Under the pieces are notes generated by a model that was not told the DNA's origin, did no database searches, and worked only from the letters and a program-made list of their open reading frames with translations. Of a stretch of DNA of 33,419 bases, positions 17,053-25,919 are shown in pieces (position 1 is the stretch's first letter; the number at the start of each line of letters is the position of its first letter). The translations under genes were made by a program, and so were the position numbers. Where the stretch lies: IMG/VR virus record IMGVR_UViG_3300037524_000670, positions 1 to 33,419 of that record, one strand, 5' to 3'. This DNA is from a virus (Duplodnaviria; Caudoviricetes).

Positions 17053-18499
17053 TTTCCTTTTCCTTGACGTAGTCGGTCAGTGCCTTGAAGAGCCGAGATT
17101 GGTCTGCGTCTTTGTTCGACAGCGTCTCGGCGATCCGCTGGTCGATGGTTCCTTCGGTGGCGATGATGTGGATCACGCACGTCTTCGCCTGCTGGCCCTG
17201 CCGCCAGACGCGGCGGTTGGTCTGGTCGAACTCTTCGAGGTTCCACGTCAGACTGTACCAGCAAACGGCGTTGCCGCCGCTCTGAAGGTTCAGCCCCAGA
17301 CTGACGGTCGTCGGGTGCACCAGCAGCACCGGGATCTCGCCACGGTTCCACTTGTCCTCGATCTCGTTCGCGCGCTTGTCGCTGACGCCGCCGATGATGT
17401 ACGGGACGTCGCCGAAGCCCTGCTCGACGAGCACGTCGCGCAGGTACTGGACCTCGCTGCGGAAGGCGACCGCGACCATCAGGGGCTGGCCGTTCTGCTC
17501 CTCGATCAGGTCGAGCAGCGCCCTTGCCTTCGCGTCGTGCAGGTACTCGGTGACGCGCTCGCTGCCCTCGTCTTCGGCGTAGACCGTGCCGCTGGCGATC
17601 TGGCGCAGCTTCATCGCGCTTGCGGCGGCGTTGCTGGCCTTGATGACGCCCGACTTCCAGCCCGCGATGTAGTCGCGCTCGACCTTGCGGTAGACCTTCA
17701 TCACGTCAGCCGGGGCCTGCACCGTGATCGTGTTGAAGAGCCGCTCGGGCATGTCGATGTAGTCCTCGGCCTTCAGGCGCAGCGCCATGTCGCCAATCTT
17801 GGCGAAGATCCGATCTTCGGCGGTCGCCTGCGGGTTCCACTTCGGCACGGGCACGCCGGGGATGAACTCGGGCACGAAGTACTCGCGCCGGAACTTGCCC
17901 AGCGTCGTGCCGAGCCGCACACCGCCGTCGGCGATGGTGATCTGGCCGAAGAGGTCATGCAGGCCGTTGGGGGCGGGCGTGCCGGTCAGCAGCACGCGGC
18001 GCTCGAACTTGTGCGCGATCTTCTTCAGGGCCTTGTAGCGCTCGGTGCTGGAGTTCTTGATCTTCGTCGACTCGTCGAGAATCAGGACATCGAACGGGAA
18101 CACGCCCGTGCGCTTCTCCTCGTCGAGGATCATGTCGACCAGACCGAGCACGTTCGCGCGGGTGGCGAGCAGGTCGTAGTGCGTGATCAGGATGTCGGTC
18201 TTCGACTGCAGCGCACGCTGGCGCTCGTTGCGGTCGCCCATCGCCGAGGCGATGGTGAAGTCCTTGAACTGCGCCCACTTGCTGCGCTCTTTCGGCCACG
18301 TCGACGACGCCGGCCGGCGGGGGGCGACCACCAGCGCGCGGCGAAACATGGCGTGCTCTTTCAGGACGCTGATGACGCCGTAGCTGATGCTGGTCTTGCC
18401 CAGACCCGGATCGGCGAAGATCGCGCACGCGCCATCGGTGCGCGTGACGGCCAGTTGCATCGCGCGCAGTTGGTAGTGGTGCGGGTTCCAGACTTGCAT
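17045..18499 (-). CDS. SNF2-family (SF2) helicase
   Basis: PGLGKT Walker A, LILDES Walker B, LLTGTP motif III, GLNLQ, QTNRRVWRQGQ motif VI. Confidence 0.9.
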   Translation of the reverse strand: MQVWNPHHYQLRAMQLAVTRTDGACAIFADPGLGKTSISYGVISVLKEHAMFRRALVVAPRRPASSTWPKERSKWAQFKDFTIASAMGDRNERQRALQSKTDILITHYDLLATRANVLGLVDMILDEEKRTGVFPFDVLILDESTKIKNSSTERYKALKKIAHKFERRVLLTGTPAPNGLHDLFGQITIADGGVRLGTTLGKFRREYFVPEFIPGVPVPKWNPQATAEDRIFAKIGDMALRLKAEDYIDMPERLFNTITVQAPADVMKVYRKVERDYIAGWKSGVIKASNAAASAMKLRQIASGTVYAEDEGSERVTEYLHDAKARALLDLIEEQNGQPLMVAVAFRSEVQYLRDVLVEQGFGDVPYIIGGVSDKRANEIEDKWNRGEIPVLLVHPTTVSLGLNLQSGGNAVCWYSLTWNLEEFDQTNRRVWRQGQQAKTCVIHIIATEGTIDQRIAETLSNKDADQSRLFKALTDYVKEKENV

Positions 18500-18500
18500 G

Positions 18501-18800
18501 TCATCCCTCGATTGATTGATCAGATGGGATCTTACACGATTCCAGCAGCCCGCGAAACTCGGCCGACGAACGGCAGATCTCGACCCGGAAGCCCATCGTC
18601 GTCAGGCGCTCCCGCCACCACCGCTGCAGGGGCTTGAGGTAGCGGCCGGGGGCCTTGAACTCGATGAACATCAGGCGCCCGCCGGGTATCAGCAGGATGC
18701 GGTCGGGGATGCCGGCGAGCCCGAAGGGCGACAGCTTCAGCAGGATGCAGCCGTGCTTGTCGGCGATCCCTCGGCAGTGTTGCTCGGTGTAGTGCTCCAT
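18501..18800 (-). CDS. VRR-NUC nuclease / Holliday junction resolvase
   Basis: 3' part of track ORF 18501..20510 from ATG 18800; GIPDR...FIEFK...PLQ PD-(D/E)xK motif. Confidence 0.85.
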   Translation of the reverse strand: MEHYTEQHCRGIADKHGCILLKLSPFGLAGIPDRILLIPGGRLMFIEFKAPGRYLKPLQRWWRERLTTMGFRVEICRSSAEFRGLLESCKIPSDQSIEG

Positions 18801-20695
18801 CAGTCGGGCTTCCGGTAGCGGTCTAGGGTCTGGACGTCGGCCTTCAGCGGCAGGCCCGGTGCCCAGTCGATCTCGGTGGCGAGGGCGGCGTTTAAACGCT
18901 TGACGTGGTCGCCCTCGGCGACCAGTTCGTCGTGCGCGTGCAGGACGTACGGCAGCGAGGGCTCGCGCAGCATGGCCTCGGCCATCACGTCGCGCGCGAC
19001 CGCCTGCGTGAAGTTCTCGGCCAGCTTCCCGCCGTAGGTGAAGTCGAGCACCATGTTGTCGCCGAAGGGTGCGTAGAACGCAATCGTCGGCCGCTGCTGG
19101 CGCTGCTCCTCGGGCTTGTCGACCTCCCACGGAGGGGTCTTCATGCGGATGTGGGCGCGGTGCCAGCACAGCGCCCGACCGCTCGGCATCAGCGCCCAGA
19201 GGGAGGCGCCGTTGTGCTGGAAGGTGATCATGTTGCGCACGACCTGCACGGTGCCGGGGCGCTGGATCGCGGCCATCGCGGCGTCCTGCAGCAGCCACCA
19301 GAAGTCGACGATCTCGGGGTGCGCCGCGCGCCACGCGACTTTGATCGACTCGGCCTCCTCTTCGCTGACGTGGACCCCGTAGTTGCGGCCCATCGTGCGG
19401 AAGGCCTTCTTGCCGCCCTGATAGCCCAGCGACAGGGTCGCCACCTTGCCGATCTGGCGCTCGGGCTTGTCGGCCTTCGTGATCGGGCGGTGGTAGATCC
19501 CGGTGGCGGCGTGCAGGTACACGTCGTCGCCGCCCCGGAAGATGTCGAGCGTGGCCTCGTCGCCGGCCAGCCACGGCAGGACGCGGGCCTCGATGGCGCT
19601 TTCGTCGCCCGCCGTCAGGACCGGCTCGAAGCCGGGTATCAGGGACGGCCGTATAGCGTTCAGGAGGACCTCCAGCGGGTCGCCGAAGGCTAGGAGGCAT
19701 TCCCAGCGCCCGGAGGCTCTGAGGGCCTCCATAGCGGCTCTGGTGGTCTCGTATGGCATGGTCGGACGGGGCAGGTTCTGGGGCTGCACGATCCGGCCCG
19801 ACCAGCGCCCGGTCTGAGAGGCCCCGCAGTAGCTGAACATGCCCCGGATGCGGCCGTCGAACGAGACCGACCGCAGCATGGCGTGGTACTTCTTCGGCGA
19901 CACCGCAGCGGCCTGCTGGCGCAGCCGCAGGATCTGCTGGACGTCGTCCGGGTAGAAGTCCGGCGCCGCCAGCACCTCGTCGATGGTGTCGGCCCGCAGA
20001 TCTGGCAGCACCACCCGGCGCCGGGCGCAGTACTCGCGGATCGCCTGCACCTGTCCGGGCTCGACATCGAACAGCCGCCGCATCTCGGTGGCGACGTGGC
20101 GCTGGTAGTCGTTGACGGCCTCGGCCGCGAGCCGCACGAACTGCTCGTCGATGGCGATGCCCCGGTCGTTGATGTCCTCGCTGATCGAGTAGATCAAGGC
20201 CTCGCGGGTGTTGAGCCACGGCCCGAGCTTGCTGCTGATGGCGTGCTCGGAGTCGACGTCGCGCATGCAGTAGGTGCCGAGCGCACGCAGGTCGCCGGGC
20301 TCGCCGCGCGCCATCTTCAGCATCAGCTTGCGGGCTTCCTTGTCCTTCACCACGTCGGCCTGCAGCGCGACGCCGCTGCCGTACAGCGACGCGGGCAGGT
20401 TGCGCTGCATCGCCATCGCCTGCGGGTTGTACCAGTTGCGGATCGGCGGGAAGCCGTGGCGCGGCACCATGATCCACTGCCACATCACGCGCTCGAACTG
20501 CGCGTTCCACGCAACGCCGTGCCCGTCGCTGTAGAACGGCGGCGGCACCGGGTCGCCCGGATACCAGACACCACGGTTCTCGCCGTAGCGGTAGGCCATG
20601 CAGAGGATGCGGGTGCTCGGGTGCTCGGCGTAGCGGTAGACCCCGACCTCGGTCAGGTCGAGATCGCTCGCGCTCTCTAGGTCGATGTGAATCAT
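18800..20695 (-). CDS. polA: Family A DNA polymerase with 3'-5' exonuclease
   Basis: Exo I DLES, Exo II WNAQFER, Exo III YCMRD; TGRWSG; motif A DESAIEAR; motif B RQIGKVATLSLGY; motif C HDE. Confidence 0.92.
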   Translation of the reverse strand: MIHIDLESASDLDLTEVGVYRYAEHPSTRILCMAYRYGENRGVWYPGDPVPPPFYSDGHGVAWNAQFERVMWQWIMVPRHGFPPIRNWYNPQAMAMQRNLPASLYGSGVALQADVVKDKEARKLMLKMARGEPGDLRALGTYCMRDVDSEHAISSKLGPWLNTREALIYSISEDINDRGIAIDEQFVRLAAEAVNDYQRHVATEMRRLFDVEPGQVQAIREYCARRRVVLPDLRADTIDEVLAAPDFYPDDVQQILRLRQQAAAVSPKKYHAMLRSVSFDGRIRGMFSYCGASQTGRWSGRIVQPQNLPRPTMPYETTRAAMEALRASGRWECLLAFGDPLEVLLNAIRPSLIPGFEPVLTAGDESAIEARVLPWLAGDEATLDIFRGGDDVYLHAATGIYHRPITKADKPERQIGKVATLSLGYQGGKKAFRTMGRNYGVHVSEEEAESIKVAWRAAHPEIVDFWWLLQDAAMAAIQRPGTVQVVRNMITFQHNGASLWALMPSGRALCWHRAHIRMKTPPWEVDKPEEQRQQRPTIAFYAPFGDNMVLDFTYGGKLAENFTQAVARDVMAEAMLREPSLPYVLHAHDELVAEGDHVKRLNAALATEIDWAPGLPLKADVQTLDRYRKPD

Positions 20696-20716
20696 ACGCA
20701 GCCTGATGATGGAGGG

Positions 20717-20743
20717 AAAAAACGGCCCGCCGAAGCGGGCCGT
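20717..20743 (-). terminator. Rho-independent terminator after SSB gene
   Basis: Minus strand ACGGCCCGC-TTCG-GCGGGCCGT-TTTTT. Confidence 0.85.
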
Positions 20744-20770
20744 AACCTAGCGGTGTAAAGCAATCTCAGC

Positions 20771-21400
20771 TTACGCGAACGGGTCGACGTTGTCACCAGC
20801 GGTGGCGGCGGCGCTCTCGAACGGGTTCGCGGCGTCGACCACCGGGCTGAAGACTTGCGTCGCCGGACGCTTGCCGCCGAAGCGCTCGTCGTCGCCCAGC
20901 TTCTGGACGTTGTTCAAACCGAACGAGACGCCCTTGTTGCCCTTCTGGTTGTAGCCGAAGCAGTTGATGTCCGCCCGGACCCAGCAGCCCGAGTAGATGT
21001 CGTCCTGATCGGTGATGGGCTGGTTCGCCTGATTCACGATGCCCGGCGCACCTTGCGAGGCCTTGCGGCTCGCAGAGATGAAGATCCGGTCTTTGTAGAA
21101 CGCGTACTCGCTCGCCTTCTCGTCGCCGTCGCGCAGCGGGTTGCGCAGCCCGGCCGGCACCTTGCCCTCGCCGAAGAAGTCGTTCGCCGCGTTCTTCATC
21201 GCGGCCTTCAGCAGCGGCAGGGTTTCGTCGTTCTTCTCGAACAGCAGCACTGCGGTGTACTTCGGCGCCTGCGGGGTGCCGTCGTCGTTCGTGCCGGCGC
21301 GCGGCTCCAGCAGTGCTTGGTACGCGAGGCGGCAGATCCCGGTCAGGACTCCGGTCTTGCCGATGGCGGCGGGCTTGACGTTCACTTGTGGCTTTGCCAT
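20771..21400 (-). CDS. DUF2815-type ssDNA-binding protein (T7 gp2.5-like)
   Basis: PLRDGD, IYSGCWVRA, GNKGVSFGLNNVQKLGDDERFGG; C-terminus ends in DPFA. Confidence 0.88.
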   Translation of the reverse strand: MAKPQVNVKPAAIGKTGVLTGICRLAYQALLEPRAGTNDDGTPQAPKYTAVLLFEKNDETLPLLKAAMKNAANDFFGEGKVPAGLRNPLRDGDEKASEYAFYKDRIFISASRKASQGAPGIVNQANQPITDQDDIYSGCWVRADINCFGYNQKGNKGVSFGLNNVQKLGDDERFGGKRPATQVFSPVVDAANPFESAAATAGDNVDPFA

Positions 21401-21429
21401 GTTGATGCTCCGATAAGTTGAAAGGTTGA

Positions 21430-22608
21430 TTACTCGACTGCAGTGAACACTGCGATGGCTTTCTCTGCCGCCGCAGTCTTCGGGTCTACTGCTTCACGCT
21501 TGTCGTCTGCAGCCGCCAGCGTGAGACCCGAAGAGACCGACTCTATCACGCCACCGAAGATGGACGCGAAGAGTTTCTTGTTGCCGACCGCGCGCTCCAG
21601 CGCGGGCGGCGTCATCAACGTCCGGGGCTCCCAGACGTCGATCATGTTGTCGACCGCGATGTCGATCACCCGCTTCTCGTCGACCCACTGCCGCGTCGCG
21701 CGCTTGCGCACCAGCTTGTAGCCGTCGACGACCTCGCCACGCAGCGCGCGATCCATCGCCTCCTTGCGCACCGCGCCGATCCACGCGTCGATCATGTCGG
21801 CCTTCGCAAGGATCTGCCCGAGGGTCTCGGTGTCGACCTCGCTCACGTCGGCGAAGACCTGCTGCGCGCTGAGTACAGCCTGATCCTTCAGCGCCTTGCA
21901 CTTCGCGCTGTGGGGGCAGAACTTGCAGTGCTCGCCGGGGACGAAGTCGAGATGGTCGAAGGGGTGGCCCTTCGCCAGCGCGCGGCCCTGCATCCGGGCA
22001 CGCGCGATGGCGCTGGCGATCTCGTTGGCGAAGTGCACCAGCGACGCGACCGGGGTCGTCCACGAAGAGACGTTCTCGATCCGGGGCTGGTGGACGTGCA
22101 GCACGACGTCGTCGATCTCGACCATGTCGCCGGCCTGACTCAGCGCCAGCACGGCGTAGCACAGCATCTGCTTGTTCCGCTCGGCGTGGACGCGGATGCC
22201 CTTGCCGTACTTGAAGTCGACAACGTGCAGCCGCCGGCCTTCGAGATCCCACACCAGCGCGTCGGCGGTGCCGCCGAAGTCGGGCTCCGCGCTGAAGGTC
22301 ATCTTCTGCTCGACCTGCAGCGCGCCACCGAGGGCGCGGACGTAGTCCAGATAGCTCTGGACGTGCCCGCGCATCTCGGCCGTGATCTCGATGGTGTGGC
22401 CGTCCTCGCTCGCGGTCTCGACCGCCTGCCAGACCTCGTGCGCGTCGAGCCCCAGTTCGAGGCAGGTCGACGCCATGTGATGCGCGACCGTGCCCTCTGC
22501 GGCGTCGGCGCTGGTCGTGCGCTCGTAGCCCTTCGAGGCCTCGACCGAGGCAGCGCACACCATCCAGCGGTGCGCGCTGCTCGGGCTGAAGAGGTGGTGC
22601 GTGCTCAT
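21430..22608 (-). CDS. DUF2800 Cas4-like PD-(D/E)xK nuclease
   Basis: Start ATG 22608; SPSSAHRW..C, AAEGTVAH, GTADA...VVDFKYGKG, N.QM..YA, CKFC...C. Confidence 0.88.
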   Translation of the reverse strand: MSTHHLFSPSSAHRWMVCAASVEASKGYERTTSADAAEGTVAHHMASTCLELGLDAHEVWQAVETASEDGHTIEITAEMRGHVQSYLDYVRALGGALQVEQKMTFSAEPDFGGTADALVWDLEGRRLHVVDFKYGKGIRVHAERNKQMLCYAVLALSQAGDMVEIDDVVLHVHQPRIENVSSWTTPVASLVHFANEIASAIARARMQGRALAKGHPFDHLDFVPGEHCKFCPHSAKCKALKDQAVLSAQQVFADVSEVDTETLGQILAKADMIDAWIGAVRKEAMDRALRGEVVDGYKLVRKRATRQWVDEKRVIDIAVDNMIDVWEPRTLMTPPALERAVGNKKLFASIFGGVIESVSSGLTLAAADDKREAVDPKTAAAEKAIAVFTAVE

Positions 22609-23060
22609 GCCGCGAGGCGCTCGATGGTGGCGGCGATCTGGTCGTCGGGGACGTCCGAGATCTTCAGGAAGGGCGCGAGCCTTTCCTTCGCTCCGGGCAT
22701 GCCGTGCTTCGTGATGCACTCCTGCAGCGCGACGCGCAGGTCAGCCAGAGTCTTGCCGGGCTTCACGGGCTTGATGTCGGCCATCTTCTCGCTGACCGGT
22801 GGCTCGGGCTCCCTCTCGCGCGCCGGGTGATCCGGCTGGTGCACCTCGGGCATTACCTCGGCCTTCGGTTCCTTCTTCGCGCGCTTCGCTTTCGGTGGCT
22901 GCTGCGCTTCGGCCATCTGGTCGAGTGTCTGCAGCGGGCCGGAGGCTTCGTTGCGGGGCGTGGTCTGCTCGCGCTCCGACAGAATCAGACGCAGCGCGTC
23001 GGCGATTGTGGCGAGTGCGTTGATGACTTCGGTGCGAGTGCGTTGCTCTAGTGTGTCCAT
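22605..23060 (-). CDS. Conserved hypothetical protein preceding DUF2800
   Basis: GAGG RBS; low-complexity middle and short helical C-terminal domain, typical for this module. Confidence 0.65.
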   Translation of the reverse strand: MDTLEQRTRTEVINALATIADALRLILSEREQTTPRNEASGPLQTLDQMAEAQQPPKAKRAKKEPKAEVMPEVHQPDHPAREREPEPPVSEKMADIKPVKPGKTLADLRVALQECITKHGMPGAKERLAPFLKISDVPDDQIAATIERLAA

Positions 23061-23095
23061 TGATTCCTCGATAGGTTGATGGTGCTGCGGGGGTG

Positions 23096-23129
23096 AATCT
23101 ACTACGGCCTACAGCGTGCGTTTAAACGC
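23096..23129 (-). promoter_or_regulatory. Putative promoter for the replication operon with a palindrome over the -35
   Basis: -10 TAGATT at 23101-23096; GCGTTTAAACGC at 23118-23129 covers the position 17 bp upstream. Confidence 0.4.
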
Positions 23130-23507
23130 CGCCAGCATCGTGCGCTTGTCGCCCGCGATCTTGATGATGCGGATGCCGTTGCGCAGCCAGCGCTGCACGG
23201 TGGCGCGCACCGGGTTCGCATCGAGCGCGAGTGGTGTCTCGCAGTGTGCCGCGATGGTGTTGTCGCTCTCGACAACAGGCACGAACATCACGCCGCAGCG
23301 ATCCGGCCGCAGCCGCTTCGGCAGCGGTGCCGGGCCGCGCGACATCTGCAGCCACAGGCACTCGAACTGCGCGCACGACGGCGGCCGGGCCTCGTAGATC
23401 CCGCAGCCGGTGTTACAGAGGTGCTGGCACGGGGTGTTGATGGGCTTGCGGATCTCCTCGACCGCAAGCACCGTGCAGCAGACCTTGCAGTCGCCGCAGC
23501 CGCTCAT
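23109..23507 (-). CDS. YkgJ-family cysteine-cluster (CxxCxxCC) protein
   Basis: CGDCKVCC...CQHL...CGIYEARP..C..F.C. Confidence 0.85.
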   Translation of the reverse strand: MSGCGDCKVCCTVLAVEEIRKPINTPCQHLCNTGCGIYEARPPSCAQFECLWLQMSRGPAPLPKRLRPDRCGVMFVPVVESDNTIAAHCETPLALDANPVRATVQRWLRNGIRIIKIAGDKRTMLAAFKRTL

Positions 23508-23617
23508 ACCGACAGCACCGCAGCGATGATGCCGAGGCCGACCAGAATCCAGAACAGCGCGTACAGCGCCATCGGGATCAGGACGATCAACAACAGCAGC
23601 TTGATGATGAAGTTCAT
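23504..23617 (-). CDS. 37-aa hydrophobic membrane peptide
   Basis: MNFIIKLLLLIVLIPMALYALFWILVGLGIIAAVLSV; GAGGAGG RBS; ATGA overlaps. Confidence 0.6.
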   Translation of the reverse strand: MNFIIKLLLLIVLIPMALYALFWILVGLGIIAAVLSV

Positions 23618-23841
23618 GCTGAGGCCCTCCTCGCTGCGCTGACGCGCTCGCCCTCGGCGAGTGCTTCCAGCACCTCGCCCAGTTCGGCGTGCAGTGCCTT
23701 CGCCAGCCCGTGGCTGATGGTGATGTCGGTCTTGTGCGCGCTCTCGGTGGTCTGGCGTGAGTGGCACGCGATCACAATCGGACCGCAGTAACGGACGCGC
23801 TCCAGCGTCACGATCTCGACCTTGTGGTTGTGCTCGCTCAT
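23614..23841 (-). CDS. Hypothetical early protein
   Basis: ATG 23841, GGAGG RBS, ATGA overlaps. Confidence 0.55.
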   Translation of the reverse strand: MSEHNHKVEIVTLERVRYCGPIVIACHSRQTTESAHKTDITISHGLAKALHAELGEVLEALAEGERVSAARRASA

Positions 23842-24026
23842 GCCGGCCTCCGCGTGCCCGAGTGCTTGTGCGAAGACGTCAGCCACAGCCGCGTCTCCAG
23901 CTTGTCGCGGAGCGTGACGGCCTGCGTCCGCGTCAGCCGAATCCTGATCGACTCGCCGTTCGCCGAGTCGACCGAGACATAGATCGGCGAGCCGTTGCCG
24001 AGTACCTCAATCGTTTTCGTTGCCAT
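23838..24026 (-). CDS. Hypothetical early protein
   Basis: ATG 24026 (MATKTIEV), AGGA RBS. Confidence 0.5.
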   Translation of the reverse strand: MATKTIEVLGNGSPIYVSVDSANGESIRIRLTRTQAVTLRDKLETRLWLTSSHKHSGTRRPA

Positions 24027-24027
24027 G

Positions 24028-24210
24028 TTAGCGATCCTGAATGAACGACGGGCAGTTGTTGAACGAGGTCGTGAGCGTGCGCCCGTCAGAGTACACGCAG
24101 ACCGTGCGGCCGTCGGGCAGCTTGTGCTGCGCGACAAGGTTGGCCGCCAGCGCGTAGCCGGCGGCGAAAGAGAGCGCGAACAGCAGCGCGAGCTTCAGCG
24201 CGAACTTCAT
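24028..24210 (-). CDS. Small secreted protein with a Cys pair
   Basis: Signal peptide MKFALKLALLFALSFAAGYALA. Confidence 0.6.
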   Translation of the reverse strand: MKFALKLALLFALSFAAGYALAANLVAQHKLPDGRTVCVYSDGRTLTTSFNNCPSFIQDR

Positions 24211-24794
24211 AGCGGGCAGTCGATGTTGGCCTCGGCCGCCTCGCGCGCCGCCTCCAGCATCGCCCCTTGCTCGGACTCGGTCAGGTCCTCGAACGACTCG
24301 ACCTCTTTGCGCTCGCCGTCCTCGACCAGTTCCTCGGGCAGGTCGGCGACCGCGATGCTGTCGTCGACGTACTCAGACGCCGTCAGGTTCTCGACCTCGG
24401 TCGCGTCGTTGCGCAGGGACTCGGCCCAGTCGCGCAGGCCGCTGGCTTTCTCTTCCATCTCGTCGGCGTTCGGGACACGGTTGCCGTTGCCGGTGGTGGC
24501 GTCGGCGGCCTCCTGATACTCGTCGCCGACGGCCTCGATCTCGTCGGCGGCGGTGTTCAGTGCCTCGGCGACCTCCTCGGGCGAGGAGGCCGCAGCGAGC
24601 GCGTCCTGCAGCGCCTCCTGCGCCGCGTACGCGGCCGACATCTTCGATCCCGTCAACTGCGACTGGCGGGGCGGTGTCTTGCTCATCTGCTTGCGGCCCC
24701 GGAAGCCGACCGACCAGAAGTAGTAGGTGTCGCCTTTCTTGATGCCGTGCTCGGGGTAGTCCTTGCCGGCGACCCGGCTGAATGCGCGTGCCAT
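24207..24794 (-). CDS. Early protein with basic N-terminus and very acidic helical C-terminus
   Basis: AAAGGA RBS; GIKKGDTYYFW then an Asp/Glu-rich helical region. Confidence 0.7.
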   Translation of the reverse strand: MARAFSRVAGKDYPEHGIKKGDTYYFWSVGFRGRKQMSKTPPRQSQLTGSKMSAAYAAQEALQDALAAASSPEEVAEALNTAADEIEAVGDEYQEAADATTGNGNRVPNADEMEEKASGLRDWAESLRNDATEVENLTASEYVDDSIAVADLPEELVEDGERKEVESFEDLTESEQGAMLEAAREAAEANIDCPL

Positions 24795-24797
24795 GAT

Positions 24798-25055
24798 TTA
24801 ACGTCCTTTCGTGAATGCGGTGTCTTTGAGGATGGTGCCTTCGTACTGCTTGGCCTGCCACCACTCGGCGCCGTCGTGCGCCAGCACCAGCGCGTCGGCG
24901 GCGTTCCCGGTGATGCTGTAGCGCCAGATCGAGACCGGGCTGCAGTTCGCGGCCTTGACCTTCTCGCGCCCGAACTCTATCGCAGCCGTGCGGGAGCGGA
25001 AGGTCTTCTGCCCGACCTTGCGGGCCTCGTTCCAGTGAGCGGTGTAGAGAATCAT
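24798..25055 (-). CDS. Hypothetical early protein
   Basis: ATG 25055 (MILYTAHW), ATGA overlap. Confidence 0.55.
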   Translation of the reverse strand: MILYTAHWNEARKVGQKTFRSRTAAIEFGREKVKAANCSPVSIWRYSITGNAADALVLAHDGAEWWQAKQYEGTILKDTAFTKGR

Positions 25056-25243
25056 GCGAGTGTCAGTCCGTCGTTGATGATGCCGTGATAGATGTCGGCG
25101 AAGTAGCGGCGCTCGATGGCGTGGGCATCGCCCAGCATCTGACCGTCTTCGGGGAGGTGCTCGGCGACCCACTCGGCAGCCGACTCCGAGACCGGAGTCA
25201 GCAGCACGATGGAGCCGCCGTCGATGACGGTGAAGTCCGACAT
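25052..25243 (-). CDS. Hypothetical early protein
   Basis: 63 aa, coupled stop/start, biased codons. Confidence 0.6.
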   Translation of the reverse strand: MSDFTVIDGGSIVLLTPVSESAAEWVAEHLPEDGQMLGDAHAIERRYFADIYHGIINDGLTLA

Positions 25244-25569
25244 CAGGCACCCTTGCGGGCGGTGCAGCGCACGGTCGGGACGCCCTCGGCGACCTGCGTG
25301 TACTTCTCGGTCAGGCCGACGATCACGGCGCTGTCCACGGTGCCGTCGGCAACGAGTTCAGCAAGGATGGCCTTGTAGTCGACGACGCGCTTGATGCCGA
25401 ACGTGACGGTGGCGCGGAAGAGTTCGCCCTCGAACGCGCAGACGTTCGGCGACTGCGCGGCCTGACCGATCAGGTAGGCCTTCGCGCTGTCGATCTCCTC
25501 GCCGATGTCGGCCTTGTCAGCCAGCAGCCCGCCGAGCACGTCAACGATTGGGGTCTTGATGAAGTTCAT
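25243..25569 (-). CDS. Hypothetical early protein
   Basis: ATG 25569 behind AAAGG; first gene after promoter copy 1. Confidence 0.6.
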   Translation of the reverse strand: MNFIKTPIVDVLGGLLADKADIGEEIDSAKAYLIGQAAQSPNVCAFEGELFRATVTFGIKRVVDYKAILAELVADGTVDSAVIVGLTEKYTQVAEGVPTVRCTARKGA

Positions 25570-25607
25570 TTGATGCCTTTCGATTAGTCGATTAGTCAAT
25601 GGAGGTA

Positions 25608-25663
25608 CAACAGAACGAATCATACACTATCTGAGCCGTCGTGCCGACCGTTCGTCGGCTGGT
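25608..25663 (-). promoter_or_regulatory. Repeated early promoter, copy 1
   Basis: -35 TCGGCA (25647-25642), 17 bp, -10 TATGAT (25624-25619); GCCGAC-N5-GTCGGC inverted repeat containing ACCGTTCGTC (25647-25656). Confidence 0.8.
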
Positions 25664-25919
25664 AGCGGGCGAGCACCAGATCGCGCAGCAGGCCCTCGGG
25701 CAGGGGCTGCAGCGCCTCCTGCAGGCAGGGCTCCTGCTTCGGGGGCGGCAGGTAGCGCCCCAGATCGGGCGCGCTGGGGTGGTAGGCATAGAGCGCGTTC
25801 GGCACGATCAGCGCCAGCCCGTCGCGTGGGTCGAGCCACGAGATCCGGCCGCTCATGATCTTGCGGAAGCCACCCCGGTCGGGGGCGGTCTCGTACAGGA
25901 CGTCGTCGCCGACCTTCAT
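25620..25919 (-). CDS. Hypothetical early protein
   Basis: ATG 25919; its C-terminus reads through promoter copy 1. Confidence 0.5.
   Translation of the reverse strand: MKVGDDVLYETAPDRGGFRKIMSGRISWLDPRDGLALIVPNALYAYHPSAPDLGRYLPPPKQEPCLQEALQPLPEGLLRDLVLARYQPTNGRHDGSDSV

Noticed and set aside
16709-18637. 642-aa plus-strand ORF
   Set aside because: Antisense shadow of the helicase; no motifs or RBS.
18801-20510. Long N-terminal extension of VRR-NUC (669-aa track ORF)
   Set aside because: Arg/Ala-rich alternative frame of polA; the real gene starts at ATG 18800 in a TGATG overlap.
21430-22608. Cas4-like nuclease as evidence of a CRISPR-Cas system
   Set aside because: It is the DUF2800 nuclease of the standard DUF2800-DUF2815-PolA-VRR-NUC-SNF2 phage module; no cas1/cas2 or array is present.
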